Shown here: positions 26,055 to 35,438 of the stretch, piece after piece
Position numbering within the stretch: the stretch's first letter is position 1
Layout of the letters: each line of letters starts with the position of its first letter
Source: a virus
Reading direction: 5' to 3' (one strand)
Virus record (IMG/VR): IMGVR_UViG_3300036851_000550
Location: 7,076-71,075 of that record
Length of the DNA stretch: 64,000 nucleotides
Notes under the pieces: model-generated
The model's database searches: none
What the model saw: only the letters and a program-made list of their open reading frames with translations
What the model was told of the DNA's origin: nothing
Made by a program: the position numbers and the translations under genes

Positions 26055-26269
26055 CGGGAGAGCTGCTGGTCGCCGGGCTGATCGTCGTGGCGGTGGGCTA
26101 CGCCATCGTCAGCCTGCTGCGGCTCGCACGGTTCAGCTGGAAGCGCAAGACCCGGAAGTTCTGCCGGGTCCGTCTCACGCACGCGGGCCCGCGGATCGTC
26201 TCCCTGTACGTCGACCTGTGGCTGTGGAAGGCCCAGATCCTGCCCCGGAAGAGGAAGGCACGCCGATGA
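26051..26269 (+). CDS. Small membrane protein
   Basis: TM followed by basic tail. Confidence 0.55.
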   Translation: MTGELLVAGLIVVAVGYAIVSLLRLARFSWKRKTRKFCRVRLTHAGPRIVSLYVDLWLWKAQILPRKRKARR

Positions 26270-26607
26270 CGATCAAGGACATGGGTCCGAGGCTGCGGGA
26301 GGTACTCGCCGCCGGGCGCGCCGCAGAGGCCCAGCACGGGCAGGTCGCGCCGCCGTCACGGCCGGAGCCTCCGGCGCCGTACGTCCCCGGTGTCGCCCGA
26401 CCGGCCCCCGAGGCCGCCGCCATCGCCGACGCGGAGGACGCCGCCGCGCAGGCCCGCCTCTACATCGAGCACGCCCCGGCGGGTGCAGGCGGGGTGGCGC
26501 AGGCGAAGGCCACACTCGCCGTAGCGGCCAGCATCGACGCCCTCCGTGAGGCGCTCACGGATCGCCTGGACCTGATCGCCGACCAGATCTCCGAGTTGAA
26601 GGACTGA
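26266..26607 (+). CDS. Hypothetical protein
   Basis: ATGA overlap. Confidence 0.55.
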   Translation: MTIKDMGPRLREVLAAGRAAEAQHGQVAPPSRPEPPAPYVPGVARPAPEAAAIADAEDAAAQARLYIEHAPAGAGGVAQAKATLAVAASIDALREALTDRLDLIADQISELKD

Positions 26608-26608
26608 A

Positions 26609-26911
26609 ATGATCTCTGCGAACACCGCTCCCGCCCCTGCCCCCACGACCGCTTGGAAGCGCTGCACGTGGTGGTGCGGCGACGACGAGTGCCCGGCGGC
26701 CTGCCCGAACCAGTTCGCCCCCGCGGCCGTCGTCGACGCTGCTCCCATCCCCGCTGCGGCTCCCCAGTGTCCGAGCTGCGACGAGCCGATCCGCGACGTC
26801 GCCGGCTACGTCCGGCTGCTCGCCTACCTGGCCGCCATCGCCGACGGGGCCATGACGGCCCACCAGGCCGCAGCCCTGCTGCTCGGCGAGCCTCCGGACG
26901 CAGCCGCATGA
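26609..26911 (+). CDS. Cys-rich hypothetical protein
   Basis: CTWWC..C..C, CPSC. Confidence 0.55.
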   Translation: MISANTAPAPAPTTAWKRCTWWCGDDECPAACPNQFAPAAVVDAAPIPAAAPQCPSCDEPIRDVAGYVRLLAYLAAIADGAMTAHQAAALLLGEPPDAAA

Positions 26912-27132
26912 CACCGCGGGAGCGCAAGGACCAGGCGCTGGAAGAGGTCACCTCACAGCTGGAGGAGCCCGACCGCTGGGCCGTCTCGCTGATGTACGAG
27001 AGCGTGCCGGTCGCGGTCTACCCGAACCTGTCGGAGGCCGCTGCTATGGGTAAGGCCGCCGAGCTCCGCATGCGCTACCCGACCCACGACGTGCAGCGGT
27101 ACCGGCGCACGGTGATCTGGGAGGCAGCGTGA
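26908..27132 (+). CDS. Hypothetical protein
   Basis: ATGA overlap. Confidence 0.55.
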   Translation: MTPRERKDQALEEVTSQLEEPDRWAVSLMYESVPVAVYPNLSEAAAMGKAAELRMRYPTHDVQRYRRTVIWEAA

Positions 27133-27446
27133 TCCAGCGCGAGACGATCGAGGACGCGCTCGAGAACGACCGCTGCGGCATCTGCCACTCAGTCGATCAC
27201 TTCCGCGAGGACTGCCCGCTGTTCACCCAGGGGGACCTGGTCGGCGTCGCCCGGGACCAGAACGGCGTGGACACCGCGACCTGCGAATGCGGCTTCGTCG
27301 AGCTGATCACGGGGGACGGGAACTACCTGTTCGTCCCGACCGGGCTCTACCGCTTCGACGTCGACGCCGAGCACTCGATGGTGTCGCAGGTCCACCAGTA
27401 CCGGTACATCTGCCCGGACTGCTGGGCGAAGCTGCCGGAGGAGTAG
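27129..27446 (+). CDS. Zn-knuckle-containing hypothetical protein
   Basis: CGICHSVDHFREDCP (CCHC), CEC, CPDC. Confidence 0.6.
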   Translation: MIQRETIEDALENDRCGICHSVDHFREDCPLFTQGDLVGVARDQNGVDTATCECGFVELITGDGNYLFVPTGLYRFDVDAEHSMVSQVHQYRYICPDCWAKLPEE

Positions 27447-27449
27447 GAC

Positions 27450-27800
27450 ATGCCTGCAGGAGCTGCGGTCTTCTTCATCATCACGGTGGTGGCCGGCGCG
27501 GTCATCGCGCTGAAGGCGCTGGCCGCGGCGTTCCGGGCGTTCTGGGCCGGCGTGGTCGAGATCGCAACGCACGTGGCCACCGTCATCGGCGTGGTGATCT
27601 GCGTGCTCGGCGGGTTGGCCACGCTGGTCGCCCTGCTCTACGTGGCCGGCACGTTCGCCGAGCGGCTGTACCGGCTGCGCCTGGGCGCGCGGCACCAGCG
27701 CGACCAGCTCGCGATGGAGTGGGACCAGATGATCATGAAGAACGACTCGCCGGCCAGCATCGGTTGGGACGGCCCATTCCCGGAGGACTTCGATGGCTGA
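27450..27800 (+). CDS. Membrane protein
   Basis: Two hydrophobic helices. Confidence 0.55.
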   Translation: MPAGAAVFFIITVVAGAVIALKALAAAFRAFWAGVVEIATHVATVIGVVICVLGGLATLVALLYVAGTFAERLYRLRLGARHQRDQLAMEWDQMIMKNDSPASIGWDGPFPEDFDG

Positions 27801-28128
27801 CGAGTACTACCTGGTTCGGCGCGACGACACGGACGGGTCAGTGATCGAGCTGACGCCGCTGCCGGCAGACACGATCATCGGACCAGTGCCGCACGACCTG
27901 CGCGTGCGCGCGAACGCCGACCCGACGCTGCGGGCGATCCGGTTCGGCACCGACGACGAGGCCCGCGAGGCCTACGACCTGTTGATCAACACGGTGGCCA
28001 CGTTGACCACCGAGAACAGCAAGCTGCGGCCGATGGAGCAGCGGGCCCGGTTCGCCGCCGTCAACCCGCTGTCCTCGGAGGTCGAGCGCGCCACCGGGCT
28101 GGCGATCCTGGGGAGGCCGTCAGCATGA
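27793..28128 (+). CDS. Hypothetical protein
   Basis: GGAGG SD; overlap. Confidence 0.55.
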   Translation: MADEYYLVRRDDTDGSVIELTPLPADTIIGPVPHDLRVRANADPTLRAIRFGTDDEAREAYDLLINTVATLTTENSKLRPMEQRARFAAVNPLSSEVERATGLAILGRPSA

Positions 28129-28478
28129 GCGAGCTGATGTTCGTGCGGCTGCACGAAATCAACGACTGGGAGGGCGAGTCCTGGAGCTGGTGGTTGCAGC
28201 TGACCGGGAACGAAGCGGAGATCAACAAGCTCGAGGAGATCCTCGACGTCTGGGCCCCAGACTGGTCCCCCGACGACCCGCCGTTCTTGCTGCACCGCAG
28301 CGACGTCGAGCCGGAGGTCGTTGTCGACAAGCTGGTGCAGTACGCCGCGGTGAACTACTACCCCCTGCACAACAAGATCACCGGTGTACTCACCTGCCCC
28401 GACGACCTGGGCGTGAACCCTGAGCTGCTCTACAAGGGCGCGATCAGGACCTGCTTCCGGAGGCCGTCCGATGGCTGA
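28125..28478 (+). CDS. Phage hypothetical protein
   Basis: [16 protein letters not shown]...LYKG pattern. Confidence 0.6.
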   Translation: MSELMFVRLHEINDWEGESWSWWLQLTGNEAEINKLEEILDVWAPDWSPDDPPFLLHRSDVEPEVVVDKLVQYAAVNYYPLHNKITGVLTCPDDLGVNPELLYKGAIRTCFRRPSDG

Positions 28479-28788
28479 GTCCCTGCACGTCACGCACATC
28501 GGCCGCTCGTGGGACGGCACCTCGCTGGAGGACGAGTGCCCGTGCCCGAAGGCGCCGTGCGGCCTGGTCAGCTCGGACGCCGTCGACCCGGCGTGCGATC
28601 AGCACCCGTCGGAGCGCCGCAAGACCATGCGGCAGATCCACACCGCAGCGGTCTGCCCCGGCCCGCGGGCCATCGTCCGCTACCAGGTCGACGCCCGCTG
28701 GTTCTTCGACGACCGCGAGAAGGCACGCCGGTTCGCCGAGGCGCTGCTGCTGATGGGGGCCGACTCGGCGACGGCGGGGCGGCTATGA
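28471..28788 (+). CDS. Cys/His hypothetical protein
   Basis: [19 protein letters not shown]. Confidence 0.6.
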   Translation: MAESLHVTHIGRSWDGTSLEDECPCPKAPCGLVSSDAVDPACDQHPSERRKTMRQIHTAAVCPGPRAIVRYQVDARWFFDDREKARRFAEALLLMGADSATAGRL

Positions 28789-29090
28789 GCTGTCTCGACT
28801 ACGAGGTGGAGGCGGTGCTGGCCGCATGGGCTGCGCTGAAGGCCCGCAAGTCCCCCCGCCCTGTCGACGGCCGCCCGGTCGGCGCCGAGCTGCGGGCCGC
28901 GCTCGTCCTGCTGGAGGACAAGTGGGAGATGACGTCCGGGCACCGCGCGCTGGAGCGACTGGCCGCCGCGGCGGTCGAGCTGCGCGACGCCGCGTCGTCG
29001 CAGGACTCCGCGCGCGTCACCCGGGCGTACACGGAGTTCATCACGACCCTGGAGGCGATCGACGCCATCGACGCCTGGCAGCGGACATGA
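28785..29090 (+). CDS. Hypothetical protein
   Basis: ATGA overlap. Confidence 0.5.
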   Translation: MSCLDYEVEAVLAAWAALKARKSPRPVDGRPVGAELRAALVLLEDKWEMTSGHRALERLAAAAVELRDAASSQDSARVTRAYTEFITTLEAIDAIDAWQRT

Positions 29091-29266
29091 CGTACGAGGG
29101 CGGCTGGGCATGGGTCTGCGAGTCCTGCGAGGTCGGCGGTGTATCCGCCGATCGGCCGCCGGTGTGCTGGTGCTGCGGCGCGCCGGCCACCCCCGTGACC
29201 GCCCGGACGGCGGTCGACCAGCTCCGGCAGTCGATCGCCGGATACGAGGTGGTGCGGCCGTGGTGA
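29087..29266 (+). CDS. Small Zn-ribbon protein
   Basis: CESC..CWCC. Confidence 0.5.
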   Translation: MTYEGGWAWVCESCEVGGVSADRPPVCWCCGAPATPVTARTAVDQLRQSIAGYEVVRPW

Positions 29267-29430
29267 CGACGTGGTTCCGGTGGTTCTTCCTGTGCTGGGC
29301 GGTGTGGATCGCGCTGGTCAGCTGGTACTACGGGCTGGTCCCGACCGAGGGCATGGGGCTGTTCGCGCTCGTCCTCATCATCGTTTTCCTGAAGATCGCC
29401 CAGACGAGAGCGGGGCCACGTCATGGCTGA
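29263..29430 (+). CDS. Small membrane protein
   Basis: Two hydrophobic segments. Confidence 0.5.
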   Translation: MTTWFRWFFLCWAVWIALVSWYYGLVPTEGMGLFALVLIIVFLKIAQTRAGPRHG

Positions 29431-29695
29431 GACCACCTGCTCGCGGGGCTGCACCTGCACCCGGTGCCAGCGCAACCGCACCGCCTTCGCCCAGGTGATG
29501 GCCGAGCGAGCGGAGGCGAACTCTCAGCTGGCCGCGGCGCTGAACACCTGGCGCTGGTGTTGGGACTGTGCCGCCACGAAGCAGACCTGCGACGAGGCCC
29601 GGATGGAGGACCCGCCGCGGAAGTGCTGCCCGGACTGCCGACACCGGAACGCCAAGGACGCCCGGGTCAACTGGCTGACCACGGAGGACGGATGA
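29423..29695 (+). CDS. Cys-rich hypothetical protein
   Basis: CSRGCTCTRC, CWDC, CCPDCRH. Confidence 0.55.
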   Translation: MAETTCSRGCTCTRCQRNRTAFAQVMAERAEANSQLAAALNTWRWCWDCAATKQTCDEARMEDPPRKCCPDCRHRNAKDARVNWLTTEDG

Positions 29696-29856
29696 CCCTG
29701 CGCGAGTGCGACGAGACCTTCTTCTGGTTCCTCACCCTGCTGACCGACGAGGGCGAGCTGAACCTGTGGCCGTGCCGGAAGTGCGGGGCGATGGTGCACG
29801 GCGGGCTGCGTGGCCGACACCGGAAGTTCCACGAGGAGCTGGAGGAGAAGAGCTGA
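29692..29856 (+). CDS. Small C2H2-like protein
   Basis: CRKCGAMV..H.KFH. Confidence 0.5.
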   Translation: MTLRECDETFFWFLTLLTDEGELNLWPCRKCGAMVHGGLRGRHRKFHEELEEKS

Positions 29857-29858
29857 TC

Positions 29859-30275
29859 ATGGGACAGACGATCGACTACCTGGTGACCATCGAGACCGTC
29901 TCGTGCTGCAGCTGCGGCGTGCTGTTCGGGATGCCGGAGCAGATGCTGCGGGCTCGGCGCGATGACGGGCAGGAGTTCTTCTGCCCGTCCGGCCACCGGC
30001 AGCACTTCACCGAGACCGAGGCGGCCCGGTTGCGGAAGAAGCTCGAGAGCACCGAGCGCAGCCTGAAGTACGTCCAGACCTCCCGGGACGCCGCACGCGA
30101 CCAGCTGCAGGCGGCCGAGCGATCGCGTCGGGCGCTGAAGGGCGTGGTCACCCGGCAGCGCAACCGCGTAGCCGCGGGGGTGTGCCCGGTCGACAACTGC
30201 CGCCGCCACTTCAACGACCTCGGCCGGCACATGACCACCGAGCATCCGGACTACGCGCACGAGGAGTCGACGTGA
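29859..30275 (+). CDS. Zn-binding coiled-coil phage protein
   Basis: CCSCGVLFGMP..FFCPSGH, coiled coil, GVCP..C.RHF.DL.RHM..H. Confidence 0.65.
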   Translation: MGQTIDYLVTIETVSCCSCGVLFGMPEQMLRARRDDGQEFFCPSGHRQHFTETEAARLRKKLESTERSLKYVQTSRDAARDQLQAAERSRRALKGVVTRQRNRVAAGVCPVDNCRRHFNDLGRHMTTEHPDYAHEEST

Positions 30276-30826
30276 CCGAGAACTGCGGCCAGGGCCACGA
30301 CACCACGAAGATCGGATGTAAGCACGCTGCCGCTGCGCGCGAGCTGGAGCAGCTGCGCGCGCAGATCTCCGAGATCGTCGAGAAGCTGCTGCTCACCCCG
30401 GATAGGCCGCTCATGCCCTGGCCGGAGCTGCCGCAGGACCTGGCGCTGATCTGCGTCCAGCTGGACGGCTACGACGCCATGGTGAAGGCGCTGGGCAACG
30501 AGCTCGACCGGATGCGCAACAGCCACCGTGCGGTGACGGCCGGTCTGTTCCGCGAGCTGTCGAAGCTGCGCAATGAGGTGGCCACCGACCCGCACGACGA
30601 CGCTCGCGACTACCGCACGCTCGCCGACGAGGTGATCAAGTGGTTCAACCCGGCGGACGACGACGTCGCCGAGGTGGCCATCCACATGGACGCCGTGAAG
30701 GCGGCGGCCCGGTACATCGAATCGCTGGCCTGCCGGTGCACGCCGGAGGCCGTCCACTACGACGACGAGCCGTGCGCACGCTGCGCCGCGCTCGGTCGCG
30801 TCGCCGACCGGCCCGAGGAGCGCTGA
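30272..30826 (+). CDS. Hypothetical protein
   Basis: GTGA overlap; CRC..CARC. Confidence 0.55.
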   Translation: MTENCGQGHDTTKIGCKHAAAARELEQLRAQISEIVEKLLLTPDRPLMPWPELPQDLALICVQLDGYDAMVKALGNELDRMRNSHRAVTAGLFRELSKLRNEVATDPHDDARDYRTLADEVIKWFNPADDDVAEVAIHMDAVKAAARYIESLACRCTPEAVHYDDEPCARCAALGRVADRPEER

Positions 30827-30987
30827 TGCTGATCCTCGGCTTCCTGTTCGCGGGAATGACGATGGTGGCCTGCCTGGTCACCGTGGCGATGCGGGGCGCG
30901 ATGGGCCCGGACGAGCTGTTGGCCTGGGTCATCGTGGCCGCGGTGTTCCCGGTCAGCGGCGCGCTGGCCGGACGAGGGAGGGACTGA
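30826..30987 (+). CDS. Small membrane protein
   Basis: Two hydrophobic segments. Confidence 0.5.
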   Translation: MLILGFLFAGMTMVACLVTVAMRGAMGPDELLAWVIVAAVFPVSGALAGRGRD

Positions 30988-31127
30988 TGGAAGCACTGTT
31001 CGGATTCGACTGGTGGGACGTCGGCATCGTCGTGCTCGTCCTCCTCGGCCTGCTGGCATTCGTGACCAGCGTCGAGAAGGGCAAGCGCCGCAGCGAGCAG
31101 AAGCGTTGGGAGAGGCACAACCGGTGA
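30987..31127 (+). CDS. Small membrane protein (46 aa, not in ORF track)
   Basis: MEALFGFDWWDVGIVVLVLLGLLAFV...; TGATG overlap. Confidence 0.5.
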   Translation: MEALFGFDWWDVGIVVLVLLGLLAFVTSVEKGKRRSEQKRWERHNR

Positions 31128-31447
31128 CGGAGATGATCGGGGTCGGACAGTACGTCGACGGCGGGCCCCACGAGACCGACTGGGTCAAGAGAATGCGCGG
31201 CCTGCTCGCGAAGCGCGTGGTCGTCACCCTGAACGACGACGCATCGGTCCAGCTCCGCGGCGTGCTGATCGCCTTCACCGACCAGGGCGAGGTCTGCCTC
31301 ATGGAGCCGTGGACCGGCGAGACCACCTGGGGCTGGCCGTGCCTGCACGTCGCCGAGCTCCCGCCGCAGTGCGCAGTGTTCGCGATGCCGCGGCCGGCGC
31401 AGGTCGTGGTGTCGCGAGAGCTGCTCGACGACCGGAGGGACAGATGA
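31124..31447 (+). CDS. Hypothetical protein
   Basis: GTGA overlap; beta-rich LLAKRVVVTL..LRGVLIAF..GEV. Confidence 0.55.
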   Translation: MTEMIGVGQYVDGGPHETDWVKRMRGLLAKRVVVTLNDDASVQLRGVLIAFTDQGEVCLMEPWTGETTWGWPCLHVAELPPQCAVFAMPRPAQVVVSRELLDDRRDR

Positions 31448-31848
31448 AGGTCACGTACTACACCGTCGCCACCACCACCGGAGCCGCCGCGCACCTGTCG
31501 AACGTGCGGGAGGGGAACACGCTGTGCGGACGGGCGATCGCCAACCGCGGGATCCCGTTCGCCGCCCCCATGTGCACCCGGTGCGAGCGGACCGCGCTCA
31601 TCTACATGCCGCTGACCGAGTCGCCCGCCGAGCCGGAGAAGCCGCCCACCTGCCCAGCGCACGGCGAGGAGCGCTGCATCCGGTGCTCCCGGATCGGCAC
31701 GGCCTACCTGGTGGAGGAGCCCGAGGAGGGCCCGGCGCCAGCCTGCTGCGGCTGCGACTACTGGGCCGAGACCGGCATGCACTGGGACACCTGCCCGTGC
31801 CGGATCCACGGGGACGTCGTGATCCACCCGATGTTCCGAGAGGAGTGA
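31444..31848 (+). CDS. Cys-rich hypothetical protein
   Basis: AH..TLCG..CTRC; CPAH..CIRC; CCGC..HWDTCPC. Confidence 0.6.
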   Translation: MKVTYYTVATTTGAAAHLSNVREGNTLCGRAIANRGIPFAAPMCTRCERTALIYMPLTESPAEPEKPPTCPAHGEERCIRCSRIGTAYLVEEPEEGPAPACCGCDYWAETGMHWDTCPCRIHGDVVIHPMFREE

Positions 31849-31850
31849 CC

Positions 31851-31997
31851 GTGGATCTCGACTGGAACGATGAGGACCTCTGGGACAAGGTCGACGAGGG
31901 CTTTGGCGTCCGGGACCTGGAGCCCGCGTTGCGGGCTTTCCTCGCGTACCTGATTTCTATCGGATGGACTCCCCCGATGAAGGAGAGCGGGTCATGA
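31851..31997 (+). CDS. Small hypothetical protein
   Basis: AGGAG SD; ends GWTPP. Confidence 0.45.
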   Translation: MDLDWNDEDLWDKVDEGFGVRDLEPALRAFLAYLISIGWTPPMKESGS

Positions 31998-32173
31998 GCG
32001 GTTGCGGGATCTTCTGCGACGGCACCGACGGGCCGATGACGGCCAAGCAGCGTCGTGAGTACGACGCCACGGTGGAGTCGTTGGGCGGCCCAAGCAGCAA
32101 GGCCGGGAAGAAGTGGATCGACGACCAGCACAAGAAGTTCAAGGCCGCGCAGCGGGCGCACAAGCACCGGTGA
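31994..32173 (+). CDS. Small hypothetical protein
   Basis: AGGAG SD; CGIFC. Confidence 0.5.
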   Translation: MSGCGIFCDGTDGPMTAKQRREYDATVESLGGPSSKAGKKWIDDQHKKFKAAQRAHKHR

Positions 32174-32412
32174 CCGGTCAGAGCTGGCCGACCGGTGCGG
32201 ACTACACGATCGTCCTGCCGTTGGCGGACGGCACGGACCCGCGCCCGGTGCTCTGCGACGCGACGCTGCGGCACGCCCACGGCGTCACGCGGTGCACGCT
32301 GCCGGCCGGGCACCGGGACCCGCTGAAGCACCGCGGCCACTGCTATCGGGAGGAGTGCTGGGACGTGGTCCTGGAGTGGACGCAGCAACACGAGAGCTGG
32401 CCGATCGCATGA
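32170..32412 (+). CDS. Small Cys/His hypothetical protein
   Basis: C..CTLPAGH..H. Confidence 0.5.
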   Translation: MTGQSWPTGADYTIVLPLADGTDPRPVLCDATLRHAHGVTRCTLPAGHRDPLKHRGHCYREECWDVVLEWTQQHESWPIA

Positions 32413-32891
32413 CCGACCCCGAGATCGGCTTCGAGAAGGTCTTCCTGGAGAAGCTGCGGTTCGCGGTCACCCAGGAGATCGCCGAGGAGCAGGCGCACGC
32501 GCTCACGATGGACGTGGCCATGAGCAACTGGTTCGCCCGCCGGATGATGGTGCGGCTGGACCGTGAGGTCTACGCGCACCGCACGCACGTGGAGACCCGC
32601 ACCTTGCCGGTGTCCGGCCGGGTGGTGCTCGACGAGCCGCCGACGGACGTGCTGGTCGAGCTGCCGCGCGGGTTCTGGCGCTGGCTGTTCCGTCGGCCGC
32701 CACGAGCGCGCTGGCTGCCGGTGGCCGGATATGCCGCGGTACGGCCGTATGTCGAGGGCACCGCGGACGTGCGCGCTGAGTACTTCTCCGCGTTCCCCGA
32801 CCCGACGATGCGGTTCCCCGACAGCCTGGGCCCGATCGTGACCTACGTGCAGACCTCGTCCCCGGAGAACATCAGGTGGGAGGAGCGCTGA
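32409..32891 (+). CDS. Hypothetical protein
   Basis: ATGA overlap; GC3-rich. Confidence 0.55.
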   Translation: MTDPEIGFEKVFLEKLRFAVTQEIAEEQAHALTMDVAMSNWFARRMMVRLDREVYAHRTHVETRTLPVSGRVVLDEPPTDVLVELPRGFWRWLFRRPPRARWLPVAGYAAVRPYVEGTADVRAEYFSAFPDPTMRFPDSLGPIVTYVQTSSPENIRWEER

Positions 32892-32904
32892 TACCCTAGT
32901 TATC

Positions 32905-33408
32905 ATGACTGGTCGCAGGCCATGGCCCCGATCTCCGGAACGGTACGAGGTAGACGAGGACGGCACGGTCTTCCACCGCGGTGGTACGGCGCTGACCACG
33001 TTCCCCGACCCGAAGGGCTACCTGCGAGCGAACGTCTACGACGACAGCCGCGGCGGGAAGCGGATCCAGATCCAGGTGCACGTGATGGTCTGCGAGACCT
33101 TCCACGGCCCTCGGCCAGACGGGAAGCAGGTCGCTCACGACAACGGGGTCAAGACGGACCTGCGGCCGGGGAACCTCTCCTGGAAGACGCCGCTGGAGAA
33201 CTCCGCCGACTCGATCCGGCACGGCGTGCTGTTGGCCTCAGCGGGGGAGGGACACCACCTGGCCAAGCTCAACCCGGACAAGGTGCGCACGATCCGGGCC
33301 GAGCACGCGGGGGGCGCGTCGATCTCCGACCTCGCACGGCGGTTCGAGGTCAACTACACGGCCATCTCGCAGGTCGTCCGCGGGATCAGCTGGAAACACG
33401 TCACGTAA
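32905..33408 (+). CDS. HNH homing endonuclease with C-terminal HTH
   Basis: YEVDEDGTV, KGYL, VHVMVCETFHGPRP..AHDNGVKTDLRPGNLSW, GEGHHLAKL..SWKHV. Confidence 0.85.
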   Translation: MTGRRPWPRSPERYEVDEDGTVFHRGGTALTTFPDPKGYLRANVYDDSRGGKRIQIQVHVMVCETFHGPRPDGKQVAHDNGVKTDLRPGNLSWKTPLENSADSIRHGVLLASAGEGHHLAKLNPDKVRTIRAEHAGGASISDLARRFEVNYTAISQVVRGISWKHVT

Positions 33409-33429
33409 GAAGATCAACTAAGGAGTCAC

Positions 33430-33651
33430 ATGTTCCGGAAGATACTGCTCCCCCTGGCCGTGCTCGGCCTGCTCGTCGGCGTGCCGGCGTGCGGGTCCGA
33501 CCCGTGCCTGAAGCTCCCCGCACCGACCGAGCAGGAGACCGCCATCGTGGTGTCCGGCGCCGAGGTCGAGCGCACACTGGCCGGCGGCTACGAGTGCGAG
33601 CTCGTGCAGCACGAGGATGGGCACTGGAGCTGGGCGCAGGAACGCGACTGA
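33430..33651 (+). CDS. Small putative lipoprotein
   Basis: Signal peptide with VPAC lipobox; AAGGAGTCA SD. Confidence 0.6.
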   Translation: MFRKILLPLAVLGLLVGVPACGSDPCLKLPAPTEQETAIVVSGAEVERTLAGGYECELVQHEDGHWSWAQERD

Positions 33652-33664
33652 CCCCGGACACGCC

Positions 33665-33710
33665 AAAGAGAGCCCCCGCGCACCTGGTCTGGTGCACGGG
33701 GGCTCTCTTT
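33665..33710. terminator. Bidirectional intrinsic terminator between convergent arms
   Basis: AAAGAGAGCCCCCG..GCACC-tggtct-GGTGCA..CGGGGGCTCTCTTT. Confidence 0.8.
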
Positions 33711-33748
33711 GCTGCCGGGGAGCGGCGTCTGTCTACTTCGGCCGGAGG

Positions 33749-33913
33749 CTAGCGGGTGATGGGTGTGCCACCGGGGGCCGACGTCGGGCGACGGCGACAG
33801 GTCGTGGTGTGCGCCTCGCGCCGCCGCTCGGTGGTGTGCTCGAACAACGACGTCGTACGCCACAGGCAGCCCGGATACGGGCAGTGCGCGGTGACGATCG
33901 TCGGCTTGGCCAT
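33749..33913 (-). CDS. Small Cys/His protein
   Basis: CPYPGC..H..C; TGATG overlap. Confidence 0.4.
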   Translation of the reverse strand: MAKPTIVTAHCPYPGCLWRTTSLFEHTTERRREAHTTTCRRRPTSAPGGTPITR

Positions 33914-34794
33914 CAGCCGTGGATGACGATCCGGTACTCGCCCGCGGTGGTCGCGACGGCGAACCGCACGGTGACGTTGTTGACGTCGGTCGCCTCCCAG
34001 TCGGTGATGACCGCGTCGAAGGAACCGGTCGTCCGGACCACCGCGACCGTCACGTCCCGGGTGTTGAGGTTGTGGTTGCACACGGTCGATGTCGCCGCCG
34101 CGGTGTTGAACGCGGCCTTCCGCACGACCACCGAGGGGTTGATCGCCACGTCGTCGGCGTTCACCGTGATGCCGGTGCCGGCCCCGACCACCAGCGCGCC
34201 GGTGGAGAACGTCAGGCCGGCGCCCGCGTCCACTGACACGTCGTCGGCGGCTACGTTGATCCCGTTGCCTTCGCCGACGTTGAACGTGTTCGCGGGCGAA
34301 TCGGTCAGGCCGCCGCCCGCGGTGTAGACCGCACCGCCGCCCGCCCCGAACTGGACCCAGACCTGCGGCGTCGTGCCCACCGTGGTGACGGTGGCGGTCT
34401 GGGTGTACGCGGTGTCGGCGTTGACCGTGCCCTCGCGGATGAACACGGTGGCGTTGTGCAGCTCGGCGGTCGTATCCGCGTCGGTCGCGCGGGTGGGCGC
34501 GCCGGAGACGTTGACGGTGTAGATGCCGTTCTCTTGCCCAGCCGACTGGTTCTTGATCAGGATCCGGTCGCCGGTGACCAGCGCGACACCGTCGATCGTG
34601 TCGCCGTTCTCGAAGGCGGAGGCCAGCGTGCCGTTCGCGGTGGTGGCGGCCCGGACCGCTGTCTTCCACGTCAGCCCCGCGAGGAGCGCGTCCACGTACT
34701 GCTTGTTCGCAGCGTCGGTGGCGACCGACGGGTCGGCCAGCGCCTGGATGCGCTGATTCGCGAGGTTGAGCCCGTTCAGGACCGTGGTGGCCAT
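33913..34794 (-). CDS. Virion fibre/decoration-like protein
   Basis: LADP..TDAANKQYVD, VRAATTAN, GDRILIKNQ..ENGIY, AGxGL repeats, HNLNTRDVTV. Confidence 0.7.
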   Translation of the reverse strand: MATTVLNGLNLANQRIQALADPSVATDAANKQYVDALLAGLTWKTAVRAATTANGTLASAFENGDTIDGVALVTGDRILIKNQSAGQENGIYTVNVSGAPTRATDADTTAELHNATVFIREGTVNADTAYTQTATVTTVGTTPQVWVQFGAGGGAVYTAGGGLTDSPANTFNVGEGNGINVAADDVSVDAGAGLTFSTGALVVGAGTGITVNADDVAINPSVVVRKAAFNTAAATSTVCNHNLNTRDVTVAVVRTTGSFDAVITDWEATDVNNVTVRFAVATTAGEYRIVIHG

Positions 34795-34807
34795 GCTCTA
34801 TCCCTTC

Positions 34808-35125
34808 TCAGACGAGACGTGCAGACCCGGTCTGCGGACTGGCGAAAGTGATCGTGATGGTGTTCAGCGACCCGTAGTCGACGTCGGCGATGACCTGCTC
34901 GTCGGCGACCCGAATCGAGACGGCGGGGTAGAGGCCGAGGTTGTGCGTGATGATCCAGTTCGACGACGGGTCGGTCTGGGTGTGGACGAACCCCGCGCCC
35001 GCGGCGCCCGGCGGTCCCTGCGGCCCGGCGACCGGCAGCACCAGCACATCCGGCGGGACGTTGCCGGGCACGTTGGTGATCTGGACCGGTGCCGGGTCGA
35101 CCTTGACCTCAAGGGGAGACGTCAT
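34808..35125 (-). CDS. Small structural protein with short collagen-like stretch
   Basis: GPQGPPGAAG; W.ITHNLG.YP.V. Confidence 0.65.
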   Translation of the reverse strand: MTSPLEVKVDPAPVQITNVPGNVPPDVLVLPVAGPQGPPGAAGAGFVHTQTDPSSNWIITHNLGLYPAVSIRVADEQVIADVDYGSLNTITITFASPQTGSARLV

Positions 35126-35438
35126 GGATCAACCCCTGCGCTAGCAGCAGCTCCGGCGCGCCGACACCGCCCACGTAGTAGAGCCGGCTGGCCACCGGCA
35201 AGAGCCCGAGCAGCGCGGCCACGACGGCCTTGTCCTCGTGGAACGTGGCCGTGTCGGTGACCACGGCTGCGGTCCAGGTCGCGAGCACCGCATCGGCCGC
35301 GCTGAGGAACTTCAGCTGCATGGTCGTGCTGGCCGGGAAGTTGCTCCCGTCCGCCGTCCGCACGACCTGGAAGAAGTCGGCGTCGCTGGAGAGCGTGAAG
35401 CTCGACCGGACCGGGAGGACCCCGAAGTTGATCGTCAC
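35109..35438 (-). CDS. Minor structural protein (BppU/LtfC-like size and position)
   Basis: Beta-rich 109 aa after holin; GTGA overlap. Confidence 0.5.
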   Translation of the reverse strand: MTINFGVLPVRSSFTLSSDADFFQVVRTADGSNFPASTTMQLKFLSAADAVLATWTAAVVTDTATFHEDKAVVAALLGLLPVASRLYYVGGVGAPELLLAQGLIHDVSP

